A DNA stretch of 64,000 nt from Trueperaceae bacterium (GCA_965213705.1 OZ243913.1:2368001-2432000); one strand, 5' to 3'. Positions 1-10,603 are shown, counted from the stretch's first letter. The notes: generated by a model not told the origin, from the letters alone. Numbers and translations: made by a program.

Positions 1-1004
1 GCTTTTGCCGCCGGGACGCTGCCCGCCTCGACGAGCTTTTGCCACTGGATGACCTCGGCGCGGATAAAGCCGCGTTCGAAGTCGGTGTGAATTGCGCCGG
101 CGGCCTGCGGCGCACGGCTGCCGCGCGTCACCGTCCAGGCCCGCACCTCTTTTTCGCCCGCGGTCAAAAAGGTGAGGAGGCCTAAGGCGTCGTAGCCCTT
201 GTGGATGAGGCGGTTCAAACCGGGTTCACTCAAGCCCAAATCCTGCAAAAAAGCAGCCTGGTCCTCGCTGGACAGTTCGCCGAGTTCCTGCTCGATTTTA
301 GCCGAGATGACGACCGTCTCGGCACCCTCTTGAGCGGCCAGTTCGCGCACCTGTTCGACGTAGCGGTTGCCCGCCGTCACGTCGTCTTCGGCCACATTGC
401 ACACGTAAATCACGGGTTTGGCGGTGAGCAGGTTGAATTGGGGCAGCTCCACGTCCGTCAGCCTGGCAGGGGTGCCCTGGGAGAGGTGCTCGAGCAGCGC
501 GTCGGCCGCCGTGACTGTCGCCGCGTCCTCGGGGCTGGCCTTGGCGCTGCGGCGCAGTTTCTCCAAGCGCTTTTCCAAACTGCCGATGTCGGCCAGCGCC
601 AGTTCGGTGTTGATGGTCTCGATGTCGGCCAGCGGGTCGACCCGGTTGGCGACGTGGATAACGTTGTCGTCGTCGAAACAGCGCACCACGTGCGCCACGG
701 CCGAGACCTCGCGGATGTTCGCCAAAAACTGGTTGCCCAGACCCTCACCCTGGCTCGCCCCTTTGACCAACCCGGCGATGTCGACGAATTCGACGGTGGT
801 GGGCACTACGGGCGGCACACGCTCGCCCTTGGTGTAGAGTTTTTTGAGCGCGGCGAGCCGTTCGTCCGGCACCGGCACCACCCCGACGTTTTTGTCGATG
901 GTGGCGAACGGGTAGTTGGCCGCCTCGACCTGCGCCTTGGTAATCGCGTTGAAAAGCGTACTCTTGCCCACATTGGGCAGTCCGACGATGCCGATTCCCA
1001 GCAT
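1..1004 (-). CDS. ychF: Redox-regulated ATPase YchF (3' end outside the window)
   Basis: Manual translation from ATG at 1004 gives [22 protein letters not shown]...ANYPFATID...[22 protein letters not shown] and, near the window edge, [12 protein letters not shown]. Confidence 0.95.
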   Translation of the reverse strand, partial: MLGIGIVGLPNVGKSTLFNAITKAQVEAANYPFATIDKNVGVVPVPDERLAALKKLYTKGERVPPVVPTTVEFVDIAGLVKGASQGEGLGNQFLANIREVSAVAHVVRCFDDDNVIHVANRVDPLADIETINTELALADIGSLEKRLEKLRRSAKASPEDAATVTAADALLEHLSQGTPARLTDVELPQFNLLTAKPVIYVCNVAEDDVTAGNRYVEQVRELAAQEGAETVVISAKIEQELGELSSEDQAAFLQDLGLSEPGLNRLIHKGYDALGLLTFLTAGEKEVRAWTVTRGSRAPQAAGAIHTDFERGFIRAEVIQWQKLVEAGSVPAAK

Positions 1005-1226
1005 TAGACAACTCCTTCGGGGTGTCCGGCTTCAAACACCAAAGAAGCAGTATAGCAAGCCGTCGTGAGCTGTTTATTGAGGGCTCGAGACGAGAAAGCC
1101 CTAATTCCAACCTACATTTTTCCGACGCTGTAAAGTTCGCTTTCGAAGAGGCGGTTGACCGTGAGCGGCACCGCGCTCATGCTATTCTCGGCGCTATGAA
1201 AGTTAGACCATGAAGAAAGTCGAACC

Positions 1227-2222
1227 ATGAACATAGGTCTTTTGGGTGCGGGTACGGTCGGCATGGCCGTCGCCCAGCTTTTGGCAACCCGTGACGATGT
1301 GGACGCCTCGCTCGCCAAGGTGTTGGTGAAGGATTTGGACAAGGCTCGAGACCCCATCCCCAGTCACCTCCTCACCACCGACCCGGACGAGGTTTTGGAC
1401 GCTGCCGACGTGCTGGTCGAGGTGATGGGCGGCACCGGCTTGGCGGGCGACCTCACACTCGTCGCCCTGGAGCAAGGCAAACAGGTCGTCACCGCCAACA
1501 AAGCGGTCTTGGCCGAGCGTTGGGACGAACTAGTGCCCTTCATCGACGCGGGCCAGCTGTATTTCGAGGCGGCGGTGATGGCGGGTACGCCCGTCGTCGG
1601 GCCGCTGACCGGGGCGTTGCGGGGCTCACTGCCCGTCGAACTCCACGCGATTTTGAACGGAACGTGCAGCTATATTTTGGGCGAGCTTGAAAAAGGCGCC
1701 GACTTCGCAACGGCCCTCGCCGAAGCCCAACGCCTCGGCTACGCCGAGGCCGACCCCACGCTCGACATAGGCGGGTTCGACGCGGCGCACAAACTGAATG
1801 TGTTGGCGCGACTCGTGTTCGACCCCCAACTGAGTTGGGACACCGTCAAGGGTACGACCACCGGCATCGAACGGCTGACCCCGGAAACGATGCAAAAGGC
1901 GCTCGAACTCGGCGGCCGGGTGCGCTTGCTAGGCAGCGTCTATCCCGAGGACGGCGCGTGGCAAACAACCGTGCGGCCGGTGTTTCTGCCGAACGTTCAC
2001 CCCTTGGCGAGCGCCGCGAGCGGGCGCAACGCGCTGTACTTTCGCGGCGACGCGGTCGGCGAAGTGCTCATCACGGGCGCGGGCGCGGGCGGAATGCCGA
2101 CGGCGAGCGGGGTGGTGGCCGACCTACTCGCTGCGCTCGAGGGTCGGCCCGGCCCGAGCCCGTTAAAAAAAGCCGTACCCGTGCCTACTGAGCCCGTCGC
2201 CAAACTCGAGGAGCTGCGGTGA
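1227..2222 (+). CDS. hom: Homoserine dehydrogenase
   Basis: GLLGAGTVG Rossmann motif, VVTANKA, FEAAVMAGTP, ILNGT and GYAEADPTLDIGGFDAAHK; adjacent to threonine synthase. Confidence 0.92.
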   Translation: MNIGLLGAGTVGMAVAQLLATRDDVDASLAKVLVKDLDKARDPIPSHLLTTDPDEVLDAADVLVEVMGGTGLAGDLTLVALEQGKQVVTANKAVLAERWDELVPFIDAGQLYFEAAVMAGTPVVGPLTGALRGSLPVELHAILNGTCSYILGELEKGADFATALAEAQRLGYAEADPTLDIGGFDAAHKLNVLARLVFDPQLSWDTVKGTTTGIERLTPETMQKALELGGRVRLLGSVYPEDGAWQTTVRPVFLPNVHPLASAASGRNALYFRGDAVGEVLITGAGAGGMPTASGVVADLLAALEGRPGPSPLKKAVPVPTEPVAKLEELR

Positions 2223-2512
2223 CAAGGTCTGCGGTGACAAGCGTGCAGTGGGACTACCTCTCTATCAGGTTCACCTACAAGGGGCGCGGCATCACGAAGG
2301 AGTTCGCCCTGCTGGACGTCGACGGTGAGCGGGTGAGCAGTTACTCAAGCCAAGACGAGGAAGCCCCCGCGAGCCTGCCCGAACTTTTGGCGCTCGTCGG
2401 GGCGGACGGCTGGGAGTTGGCGACCCACGCGTTTTCCGAGACCAGCGGGATGCACCACATGCACTTCAAACGTCCCCGCGACGCTCGAGCCGAACCCCAG
2501 GCCACGCTGTGA
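2219..2512 (+). CDS. Small hypothetical protein, DUF4177-like
   Basis: GTGA overlaps with both neighbours; WDY...LVGADGWEL...FKRP pattern. Confidence 0.6.
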   Translation: MTRSAVTSVQWDYLSIRFTYKGRGITKEFALLDVDGERVSSYSSQDEEAPASLPELLALVGADGWELATHAFSETSGMHHMHFKRPRDARAEPQATL

Positions 2513-3795
2513 GCGCCTACTTCAGCACCCGCGACGAGGCCAAAACACTTCTCTCGTTCGAAGACGCCCTTCTCAAAGGCCTCGCCCCGGACGGCGGTTT
2601 GTTCGTTCCCGACTGCGTGCCGCGGCTCGAGCCCGCCACTTGGCGAGACGCCGATACCCTCGCCGAACTGGGTGTTAAAGTTTTGCCAGCCTGGCTCGAG
2701 GACGAAATCGTCCCTGACGTTTTGGAGCATATCGTCCGCGACGCGTTGGACTTTTCGGTGCCGCTGGTCGAGTTGGAAAAAGGTTTGTGGGTGCTCGAGC
2801 TGTTTCATGGCCCCACGCTGTCGTTCAAAGACGTCGGCGCGCGCACGATGGCGCGACTCATGCAGCACTTTTTGAACAGGCGCGGCGAGACGCGCACCAT
2901 CCTCGTCGCGACCTCGGGCGACACCGGCAGCGCCGTGGCGGACGGCTTCGCGGGCATGGACAACATCGAGGTCGTACTGCTCTACCCCGCGGGCAAGGTC
3001 AGCGAGGTGCAAGAGCGGCAACTCATCATGAAGCGCCCCGGCGTGCGGAGTTTCAAGGTCGAGGGCAGTTTCGACGACTGCCAGCGCCTGGTTAAAGAAG
3101 CCTTTGTTGATGAGGCCCTAGCCCACTTGCCCTTGTCCTCGGCCAATTCCATCAACATCGGGCGCTTGCTGCCGCAGTCGCTGTACTACCTGTGGGCCGC
3201 GAAAAAGACCGGGCTTGACGCCCCAAACTTCTGCGTGCCGAGCGGCAACTTGGGCAACCTCACCGGGGGCGTGTTCGCGGCGCTCATGGGGCAAAAGGTC
3301 CACCGTTTCGTCGCCGCGCATAACGCGAACCGCTACTTTCCGGATTTTTTGAGTTCTACCGCCGAGGCTTATAGCTTCCCCGCCACTTTAGCCACCGTGT
3401 CCAACGCAATGGACGTGGGCTCGCCGAGCAACTTCGAGCGCCTTTATCATCTGGTGCCCTCAGAGCGCCTGCGCAACTGGCTGTGGGGTACGAGCGTGAC
3501 CGACGAGGTTACCTTAGAGCGCATGAAAACGGTTTACGAAACTTACAATTACGTCGCTTGCCCGCACACGGCGGTGGGCTTAGAGGGCGTGGCCCGCTAC
3601 CGCGCCGCAACCGGCGACGCTACGCCGACGATTGTCCTCGCCACCGCCCATCCGGCCAAGTTTCCCGACGCGGTCCGGCAAGCCCTGAACGTCGAGCCGC
3701 CACGAGAGGAGGCGCTCGAGTCCCTCATCCACGGCGAGACGAGTGTGACGGCGCTCGAGCCCACTTTGGCTGCTCTGCGGCAAGCTCTACTCTAA
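2509..3795 (+). CDS. thrC: Threonine synthase
   Basis: GLAPDGGLFVP, LELFHGPTLSFKD (PLP lysine), ATSGDTG, SANSINIGR, VPSGNLGN and ATAHPAKF. Confidence 0.95.
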   Translation: MSAYFSTRDEAKTLLSFEDALLKGLAPDGGLFVPDCVPRLEPATWRDADTLAELGVKVLPAWLEDEIVPDVLEHIVRDALDFSVPLVELEKGLWVLELFHGPTLSFKDVGARTMARLMQHFLNRRGETRTILVATSGDTGSAVADGFAGMDNIEVVLLYPAGKVSEVQERQLIMKRPGVRSFKVEGSFDDCQRLVKEAFVDEALAHLPLSSANSINIGRLLPQSLYYLWAAKKTGLDAPNFCVPSGNLGNLTGGVFAALMGQKVHRFVAAHNANRYFPDFLSSTAEAYSFPATLATVSNAMDVGSPSNFERLYHLVPSERLRNWLWGTSVTDEVTLERMKTVYETYNYVACPHTAVGLEGVARYRAATGDATPTIVLATAHPAKFPDAVRQALNVEPPREEALESLIHGETSVTALEPTLAALRQALL

Positions 3796-3798
3796 GTT

Positions 3799-4419
3799 AT
3801 GAACGTTTACATCGTCCGGCACGGCGAAACGCAGAGCAACCTGGACAAACGCTTTCAGGGGAGTTTGCCCGTTCCCCTCACGCCTGCGGGCGAAGGGCAG
3901 GCAAAGCGTCTCGGCGCGTGGTTACGCCATGCCGAGGTAGACGACGTCCTCTCGAGCCCCGCCCTGCGCGCCGTACAAACGGCGGAGATTTTAGCCTGTT
4001 GCTCGGGTCAAGCCAACAGTATCGTTTTAGCGCCCGCCCTTGCTGAAATCGACTGCGGCGCGTGGCAGGGTAAGACGTTTGAAGAGGTTGAACTTGAAGA
4101 CCCTGAGACGTTCTCGGGTTGGCGAAGCGGCAGTGTCTCGTTTTGTTTTCCGCAGGGCGAAAACCTCATGGGGGTTCGCAAGCGAGTCGGCAGGTTCTTC
4201 GACAAAATCGTTGCAGAACGTGCGGGCGAAAACCTCGTTCTCGTCTCCCACGGCGCGGCCATCACCATGCTGCTTACGCACGTTTTGAAGTTGGACCCTG
4301 GCGAGGCGTGGCAAACGGGTCATCTCATCCACAAAAATACGGCTGTAACACGGCTCGAGCTGAATCCCCGAACACGTGAAGTTGTCGCTTCCGTCGTCGC
4401 TCAGACAGACCACTTGTGA
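3799..4419 (+). CDS. Histidine phosphatase family protein
   Basis: RHGET, SSPALRAVQTA and LVSHG motifs. Confidence 0.9.
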   Translation: MNVYIVRHGETQSNLDKRFQGSLPVPLTPAGEGQAKRLGAWLRHAEVDDVLSSPALRAVQTAEILACCSGQANSIVLAPALAEIDCGAWQGKTFEEVELEDPETFSGWRSGSVSFCFPQGENLMGVRKRVGRFFDKIVAERAGENLVLVSHGAAITMLLTHVLKLDPGEAWQTGHLIHKNTAVTRLELNPRTREVVASVVAQTDHL

Positions 4420-4619
4420 TGCCCATTTATAAATTTCGCACCTTCGAAGAAGCGCGAGAAGCCCTGTGGAGCGATGTGCTGGACGAGGCGTACCTGAAGC
4501 GCGTGGCCGACCTTTGGGAAAAGTCGGCAAAGCTGCATCCCAAGCGCTTTCGGCCGGGCGTCTACAAGTACCGGTCGATTGAAGAAATGAACCAGGCTCG
4601 AGACCACTTGCTCGACTGA
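4416..4619 (+). CDS. Small hypothetical protein with an internal repeat
   Basis: Coupled to the upstream stop; IYKFRTFEEA / VYKYRSIEEM repeat. Confidence 0.6.
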   Translation: MMPIYKFRTFEEAREALWSDVLDEAYLKRVADLWEKSAKLHPKRFRPGVYKYRSIEEMNQARDHLLD

Positions 4620-4628
4620 CACTCCAAC

Positions 4629-5477
4629 CTAACGCCGCACCGCGTACGGCCCCGTTTCGTCATTCCCCAAATGCAGCACCCGCATGTCCTCCATGAGTTT
4701 TTTTAAGAGCGCCAGCAAGCTGTACTCGGTGAACTTGGCAAGCTCCCCGCTCACGCCGGGATAGACTGCTTCGCGCAGTTCGGAGAGCGTGAGGGGACCG
4801 GATTGAAGCGCCGTGTAAACTTGCTCGAGCCGCTCCAAGCGGTGTTGCCGCACCTCGTTCAGTTTGGTGTAGGGGTCGTCAATCATCTCGCCGTGGCCCG
4901 GCCCGAGGGCGGTGAGCTTCAGGCCGCGCAAGGTGTCGATGGTAGCGAGATAGTCCGCCACGTCCCCCTCGGGCACGCCGACCCAGGTCGAGCCCTTGCC
5001 CGCCAACACGTCGCCGACGAGGGCGAGCTTGTCGGCCTCAAGGTAGTAACTCAGGTGGCCGGGGCTGTGGCCGGGGGTAAAAATCGTGCGGACGGTTTTG
5101 TTGCCGACGACGAGCGTTCGGTCGGGGTTGAGAGCCTGGAGGTTTTGGAGGTCGGGCGTCTCGAGCCTTGGCAGTTCGTTCGGGTGGACGTACACCGCAA
5201 CGCCGGGCCAGCGCTCCTGCACCAAGCCCAAACCCGCGACGTGGTCGCCGTGGCTGTGGGTGAGAAGGACGGCCTTGAGAAAGGTGACCCGTGCGGCTCC
5301 GAGTGCCGCGGCGACCTCTGCCAAACTCGCCGGTTCGTGAAAACCGGGGTCGACGAGCACGCCCACGCCGCCGTCCGCGACGAGGTAGCTGTTCGTCGTC
5401 GTAAAGGGCGGCAGGGTCTGGCTGGGCAGCTCGAGCCGCCACACGCCGGGGGCAACGTGTTCGTGGAGTGAAGTCAC
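4629..5477 (-). CDS. MBL-fold metallo-hydrolase with a C-terminal winged helix
   Basis: THSHGDH, TPGHSPGH, GD and PGHG motifs. Start placed at GTG 5477 because the longer ORF-track extension runs through a repeat. Confidence 0.85.
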   Translation of the reverse strand: MTSLHEHVAPGVWRLELPSQTLPPFTTTNSYLVADGGVGVLVDPGFHEPASLAEVAAALGAARVTFLKAVLLTHSHGDHVAGLGLVQERWPGVAVYVHPNELPRLETPDLQNLQALNPDRTLVVGNKTVRTIFTPGHSPGHLSYYLEADKLALVGDVLAGKGSTWVGVPEGDVADYLATIDTLRGLKLTALGPGHGEMIDDPYTKLNEVRQHRLERLEQVYTALQSGPLTLSELREAVYPGVSGELAKFTEYSLLALLKKLMEDMRVLHLGNDETGPYAVRR

Positions 5478-5566
5478 GTTAGGTAAAGACGAAAAAAGTA
5501 CCGAGTGAAAAGGGGCAAGCTTTTTCTCCTCTTCCACACAAAAAACGAGTGCTCAGACACGAGCAA

Positions 5567-6493
5567 CTATCTTCTCAGGTACTCAACGGCTGCGTCCAGC
5601 GCGTCCGCGCCCGGAGTTGCAACGTCCGGCACCACGCCGCGGCCTTCCCAGGTAGGGCCGCCGATGGGGGCCAGGACGCCTGCGGCAATCCAGGCTTGCG
5701 AACCGTCGCGGAGGCAAAAGGGCAGCACCGCCTCGACGTTGCCCGCGCTCGTTTCGCCGATGACGACCGCCCGGCCCCGGTCTTGCAAAGCGCCGGCCAG
5801 GCCCTCAGCCGCGCTGTTGACGTTGCCGTCGATAAGCACAACGAGCGGCAGTTCGGTCTCGACGGCGCCGATGGCGGGGTAGGGCAGCGGCAGCGCCCAG
5901 TTGGTCACGGTGCGCCACAAAAAGCCGTTTGTGAACACGCCTGCGGTTTGCATCATCTCGACCAAGCGGCCGCCCGGGTTCCCGCGCAGGTCGAGAACAA
6001 AGCCCTGCGCGCCCTGTTGCACCAGGTCTCTAACGGCTTGCCGCACGTTGCCAGCGACATTGTTAGAGGCCAAGTCGGGCAGCCGGATGTAGCCGACCGA
6101 ACCGTCCAACAAGTCGTATTCGACGTTGCCCAAACGCTCAGAGGTTCGGGTTTGCGCGAAAACGCCCAGGCAGGGCAAGTCGCCGTATTCTTCACGAATT
6201 CTCGCAACCTTTTGGGGCGGTACAAAAACCGAGTGGCTGTCGCCGATGCGCTCGTACATTCGCTCGAGCACCCCGTAAAACGCCGCGTCGTCCGCGGCGG
6301 CGAGGGCTTCGGGCTCGAACTCGGTGCGAACCTCGTCCCAGTCCAGACCCAAGTCGGCCAGGTCCCAGTACCTTTCCGCCACGAGCCGCCAAGCCGTGTC
6401 GAAGCGGTTTGAGTAGTCTTGGGCGTACGCCGAGCCGAGAACCGACAGGGCGGCGAGCACGGACAAAAAAACGAGCACTGGAAAACGCTTCAT
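5567..6493 (-). CDS. S41 family (C-terminal processing-type) peptidase, exported
   Basis: Signal peptide, GYIRL, LDLRGNPGG, SAAE and GETSAG. Confidence 0.9.
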   Translation of the reverse strand: MKRFPVLVFLSVLAALSVLGSAYAQDYSNRFDTAWRLVAERYWDLADLGLDWDEVRTEFEPEALAAADDAAFYGVLERMYERIGDSHSVFVPPQKVARIREEYGDLPCLGVFAQTRTSERLGNVEYDLLDGSVGYIRLPDLASNNVAGNVRQAVRDLVQQGAQGFVLDLRGNPGGRLVEMMQTAGVFTNGFLWRTVTNWALPLPYPAIGAVETELPLVVLIDGNVNSAAEGLAGALQDRGRAVVIGETSAGNVEAVLPFCLRDGSQAWIAAGVLAPIGGPTWEGRGVVPDVATPGADALDAAVEYLRR

Positions 6494-6590
6494 AGACTTT
6501 CAGTGTAGCCTGTGCGTTCCGGGCCGGGGGCGCGGGGCCTTACGCGGATGTTTATAGCCCTCATAAAAGCAGCCGTAACTACCAACTGTG

Positions 6591-7538
6591 CTAGGTCGTC
6601 TCGAGCGGTAACAGGTCGCGGGCGTAGCGCTCGAGCAGTTCCTCGCTGATGGGGGGGCCTTGCGCGCCGATTTCGGTGACGTTGAGCGCGCCCGCCACGT
6701 TGCCGAGCCGGGCGGCGTCGCGTAAGTCGTAGCCCTGCATGATGCCGTGAGCGAAAGCCGCGGTGTAGTAGTCGCCCGCGCCCGCCGAATTGACCACGTC
6801 GTCGACCTCCAAGCCCTCGACAAGCTCGGTCAGCTCGGGCGTGATGACGATGGAACCCCGTTCCCCCACCTTGACGATGACGCGTTCGATACCGTGCCCG
6901 GCAAGCCCGGCGACCGCGTTGGAGATGGAGCTTTCGCCGGTCAGGGTGAACAGCTCTTTTTGGTTCATGAGCAGGTAGTCCACACTTTGAACCAAGGTGA
7001 TGAGCCGGTCTTTGAGCGCGTGAACCGCCCCGCTGCCCATGTCGATAAAGGTGGTAAGTCCGGCCTGCTTGGCGATGTCGAGCGCCTTGACCGCGTACTC
7101 GCGCTGCAACCCGCCGATGAGGCTGTACGCGCTCATGATGAGGGCGTCGCACTCGGTAATGGCTTTGGGGTCGAGTTCGGCCGCGTCCAAGTTGCGGCTC
7201 GCGCCGGGTGAACTGATCATGGTCCGCTGCGCGTCCGGAGTGATAAAGATGATGACGCTGCCCGTCGGCAAAGACTTGTCGCGCTGCAAGGTGCTGGTGT
7301 CGACACCGGCCGCCTTAACGTTTTGCAGTGCCAGCTCGGAGAACGGCCCACCGCCGATGCAGGTGGCGATTTTGACCTCGTGGCCGAGCTGGGCCAAGAC
7401 CGTGGCGATGGTGCCCCCCGCCCCGCCGGGCTCGGTAACGGCGCGGGTTACGGTGACTTCGCCACCCGCTTCTGGCAACTCGGTCACAAAATACATCAGG
7501 TCGGCGGTCATGTCGCCGACAACAAAGAACTTAGACAT
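6591..7538 (-). CDS. PfkB/ribokinase family carbohydrate kinase
   Basis: PGGAG N-terminal signature, NQKE, and NSAGAGD C-terminal signature. Confidence 0.9.
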   Translation of the reverse strand: MSKFFVVGDMTADLMYFVTELPEAGGEVTVTRAVTEPGGAGGTIATVLAQLGHEVKIATCIGGGPFSELALQNVKAAGVDTSTLQRDKSLPTGSVIIFITPDAQRTMISSPGASRNLDAAELDPKAITECDALIMSAYSLIGGLQREYAVKALDIAKQAGLTTFIDMGSGAVHALKDRLITLVQSVDYLLMNQKELFTLTGESSISNAVAGLAGHGIERVIVKVGERGSIVITPELTELVEGLEVDDVVNSAGAGDYYTAAFAHGIMQGYDLRDAARLGNVAGALNVTEIGAQGPPISEELLERYARDLLPLETT

Positions 7539-7724
7539 CCGCCCCCTTTCAAACTGCTCCCGTGTGTTGTTTCAGGTTAACTTTACACTACCTTGGGTGA
7601 GTAAGTGTAGCGGTGTAGCCCTTTATGCTCGAGCTTGTTTGGTGAGCACAGTTTAGAAACGTCCACGAAGGAAGTCCAGGGACAAAAGACCTGGGAAACC
7701 TTCGCGCCCGCGCCGTGCGCGAAC

Positions 7725-8252
7725 TCAGTTGCCCGGCTCGATGAGGCCGTAGTCGCCGTCGTTGCGCAGGTAGATCACGCTCGTAAGGTTGGTCTCCAAG
7801 TTGTGAAACATAAAGAACGTGTGTCCCAGGGCCTCCATTTGTACGGCGGCGTCTTCGGGGGTCATGGGCCGCAAGACGTGCCGCTTGGTGCGTGCAAGGC
7901 GCGGTTCGGCGTCTTCTGCGGCGTCCTCGAGCGGCGGGGGAAGGTCGTTTGTGCGGCGAGCCAGCAGCTTGCCCTTGAAACGTTTGAGTTGCCGCTCCAA
8001 CTTGTCAACGACTTTGTCTACGGCGGCATAGGTGTCCTGACCGCTTTCTTCAGCCCGAACGATGCCGTGGGGCACGTTGAGTTGCACTTCGACCCGGGCC
8101 GGGTCGCTCGAGCCGCTGTCGTAAGACATCACCACTTTGGCGTCCACGATTTGGTCGGAGAACCGCTCCAACTTCTCGAGCTTGTCCTCGGCGTAGTTGC
8201 GCATGGCGTCGGTGACGTCTATGTTACGACCGGTAAGTTTATAAATGTTCAT
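7725..8252 (-). CDS. hpf: Ribosome hypernation-type factor: ribosome hibernation promoting factor (long HPF)
   Basis: GRNIDVTDAMRNYAEDKL, DTYAAVD, PMTPEDAAVQMEALGH and YLRNDGDYGLIE. Confidence 0.92.
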   Translation of the reverse strand: MNIYKLTGRNIDVTDAMRNYAEDKLEKLERFSDQIVDAKVVMSYDSGSSDPARVEVQLNVPHGIVRAEESGQDTYAAVDKVVDKLERQLKRFKGKLLARRTNDLPPPLEDAAEDAEPRLARTKRHVLRPMTPEDAAVQMEALGHTFFMFHNLETNLTSVIYLRNDGDYGLIEPGN

Positions 8253-8598
8253 CGTTTCCCCTTCGGTTGCTGAGTACAGACTTGCTTCGGGTGCAGCCAG
8301 TGTACCACCGCGCCGAGGTTAGGCAGAGCTGACGCAAAGTAGGTCAGGCAAAGAGCCGCGGAGGAGCCGGTAAAGAAGGTAACAGGAAACAAACTTCTCA
8401 ACCCCCTCGAGTCGGACCTCCGCAGTTGTTCCACCTTGTTCATGAAGGCTACCGACCCACAAACCAGCCGACGAACCTTGCAACCAGCCATCAACCGAGG
8501 CCAGACGGTTTACCTCATGAGGACGCTGGCCTGAGTACCGTGGGTTCACTATCGCCAAGCTCCGTGCTTGTTAACCGCGTCTGCTTTAGACTGCAAGT

Positions 8599-9372
8599 AT
8601 GACCAACCTTGCCGTCCTGAAACGTTTGGAGCAAAGCCTTCGCGACGTTGGCGCACAGTCACGCGAAATTGTCAAAACGGACGGCTTCATGGTGTTCCTC
8701 GACCTCGCCTCGAGCGCCTACCTACTCAGTTACGCCGTCCCCTCGGCAAGAGAACCCGCAGACTGGTCGCAAGCAATCGCCGCCATGCGTGAAGCGTTCG
8801 AGAGTAGAGGACGACGACCCCGCCTCGAGTATTTCCACGAACTGCATCCGGGGCTGGCCTGGGCGCTCGAGGAAGCGGGCTTCGCGCAGGACATGAGCGT
8901 TCCGGTGATGACCCTTGCGCCGGAAGATTTGGCAAAGCCGACCTCTGCCGAAGGAAGCTACGTTCGCTTGACGGCCGACGACGCGGACAGGCTCGAGCCC
9001 TTCTTGCGTGGTCAAAACCTCGCTTACGGCGGCGACGGTGGCGAGGACGCGCTTGTGTGGTTACCCAACCTGCTCGAGGGTTTGAAAGCGGGCCGGAGTT
9101 GGGTGGCGGGGCTCGAGCAAGCGGATGAGTTCGTCTCGGGGGCCATAATTCAAGGTGCTGAGGTCGGTGAACTGGCGGGCGTGTGGACGTTGCCGGACGA
9201 GCAAAAACAAGGTCTGGCGTTTCGCGTTTGCCAGCGTTTACTCTCTGACTATTTTGCGGAGGGCCACGAATGCTGGCTCTCGGCGGCGGAAGGGGCGCTC
9301 TCGCTGTACGAACATCTCGGCTTCGAGCGTGTGGGGACGCAGCTCAACTACGGGTGGCCCGAAGGTGTCTGA
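8599..9372 (+). CDS. GNAT family N-acetyltransferase
   Basis: VWTLPDEQKQGLA and LYEHLGF motifs; TAGACT 6 nt before the ATG. Confidence 0.8.
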   Translation: MTNLAVLKRLEQSLRDVGAQSREIVKTDGFMVFLDLASSAYLLSYAVPSAREPADWSQAIAAMREAFESRGRRPRLEYFHELHPGLAWALEEAGFAQDMSVPVMTLAPEDLAKPTSAEGSYVRLTADDADRLEPFLRGQNLAYGGDGGEDALVWLPNLLEGLKAGRSWVAGLEQADEFVSGAIIQGAEVGELAGVWTLPDEQKQGLAFRVCQRLLSDYFAEGHECWLSAAEGALSLYEHLGFERVGTQLNYGWPEGV

Positions 9373-9379
9373 CCGAGAG

Positions 9380-10603
9380 TTATGACCTGTCGACCTCGAG
9401 CACCCCCATCACCCACCGCTGTTTTGCCTCCGGCCAGGTCTCGAAAAGCTCGACGAACCTCTCTTTGTCAACTTTATAAAGCTCCACCACATCGCGCGGC
9501 TCGAGCCTCAACAGCAACTGCTGGACGACTTCGCGCTGGTGCCCGGCGACGGTTTCATGCGGGCGCAGCAGCAACTTTGTGAGGTCGGGGGAAAGTTGTT
9601 CGGGCCGTACCCGGTCGCCCCGCTCCAACTTGGTGACGAGGTATTCAAGCTCGAGCAGCGTCTCGGGCACTTCGGACTGCAGCTCGAGCAAGCGCCCCTT
9701 GCGCTGCGGCGGCGTGAGGGCGGCGAAGTCGGTGTCGGGGTCGTGCTCGAAAAACAGGTCGGCGAGCAAAAATTCGCGCTTTTGGCGCAGCGCGTCCGGG
9801 TGGGCGCGGTACCAGGCTAAGTCAATTTCGACGAGGTTTTCGGCCTGCAGGTGCTCGAGCAGTTCGGGGTCGCGCAAAAAAACGGCGTGCCGTTTGCTCG
9901 TCAAAGCCTCGAACTCGGCTTCGTTTTCCAAAACGAGGTAGGCGTTGCCGCCACGAGAACGCAGCACAAATACGCCTCCGAAAGCCGGGGTATAGAAGTT
10001 GGCCGTTTCTTCGAAAACAACGTCGGGGATGCCCAGACGCCGCGCGCGCAGGTCGCCGTGGGTGCGAGCGCTGTCCATAATTCGCTGCCGCAGCGCTGGG
10101 TCGAACCAGGCCAGCCGCTCGTCCCTGAACCGCTCCACGAGTTCGTTTTGCTCGGCAGCGACCGCGCCGAGCCCGCCCGCGTTGGAGCGCACCGTCACCG
10201 ACTCGACCCGGAGGAGGTTTTGCGGGTTGGCGTAGGTGCTGAACCCCTGGTCGAACTCCAATTGCAGCGCGGTCTCGCGGGTCAGGTCGGCGATTTCAGC
10301 CCCAAAGCGCGCGTAGTAGCTCGCCATAAGGGGGCGCTCGAACGACATGACCGGCGCGTACAAGGCGCTGCCACGTTGGTCGACGGTGAGGATGACGGCG
10401 AACGAGTTTGCCAGACCCTGCGTCAGGTAGTAACGTTTCCCCTTTTCCGCCGCGATTTCAGGACTCCAGCCTGAGCCGTCGATTTGAAAATTGGTGAGGG
10501 TCGTCGGCGCTAGCCCGAGTTCGGTCAGCGCGTCGTTGTAGCGCTTCACGAGCGCCGGACTGGTGATGCGGACGAGGTCGGGGTAGTGGGTTTCGGGCGT
10601 CAT
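9380..10603 (-). CDS. DUF6638-like protein of unknown function
   Basis: SPALVKRYNDAL...FQIDGSGWSPEI and NFYTPAFGGVFV resemble DUF6638 members as I recall them; GAGG precedes ATG 10603. Confidence 0.7.
   Translation of the reverse strand: MTPETHYPDLVRITSPALVKRYNDALTELGLAPTTLTNFQIDGSGWSPEIAAEKGKRYYLTQGLANSFAVILTVDQRGSALYAPVMSFERPLMASYYARFGAEIADLTRETALQLEFDQGFSTYANPQNLLRVESVTVRSNAGGLGAVAAEQNELVERFRDERLAWFDPALRQRIMDSARTHGDLRARRLGIPDVVFEETANFYTPAFGGVFVLRSRGGNAYLVLENEAEFEALTSKRHAVFLRDPELLEHLQAENLVEIDLAWYRAHPDALRQKREFLLADLFFEHDPDTDFAALTPPQRKGRLLELQSEVPETLLELEYLVTKLERGDRVRPEQLSPDLTKLLLRPHETVAGHQREVVQQLLLRLEPRDVVELYKVDKERFVELFETWPEAKQRWVMGVLEVDRS

Noticed and set aside
201..1007. Long + strand ORF, and many similar ones (e.g. 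10670-11794, 33147-34349, 33825-35045, 49727-50914)
   Set aside because: These are antisense or alternate-frame shadows of well-supported genes, expected in GC-rich DNA, and carry no motifs.
8253..8598. Possible 6S RNA or small gene upstream of hpf
   Set aside because: I could not identify a long closing stem or conserved motif by eye, and the short ORFs look non-coding. An Rfam scan would be needed.
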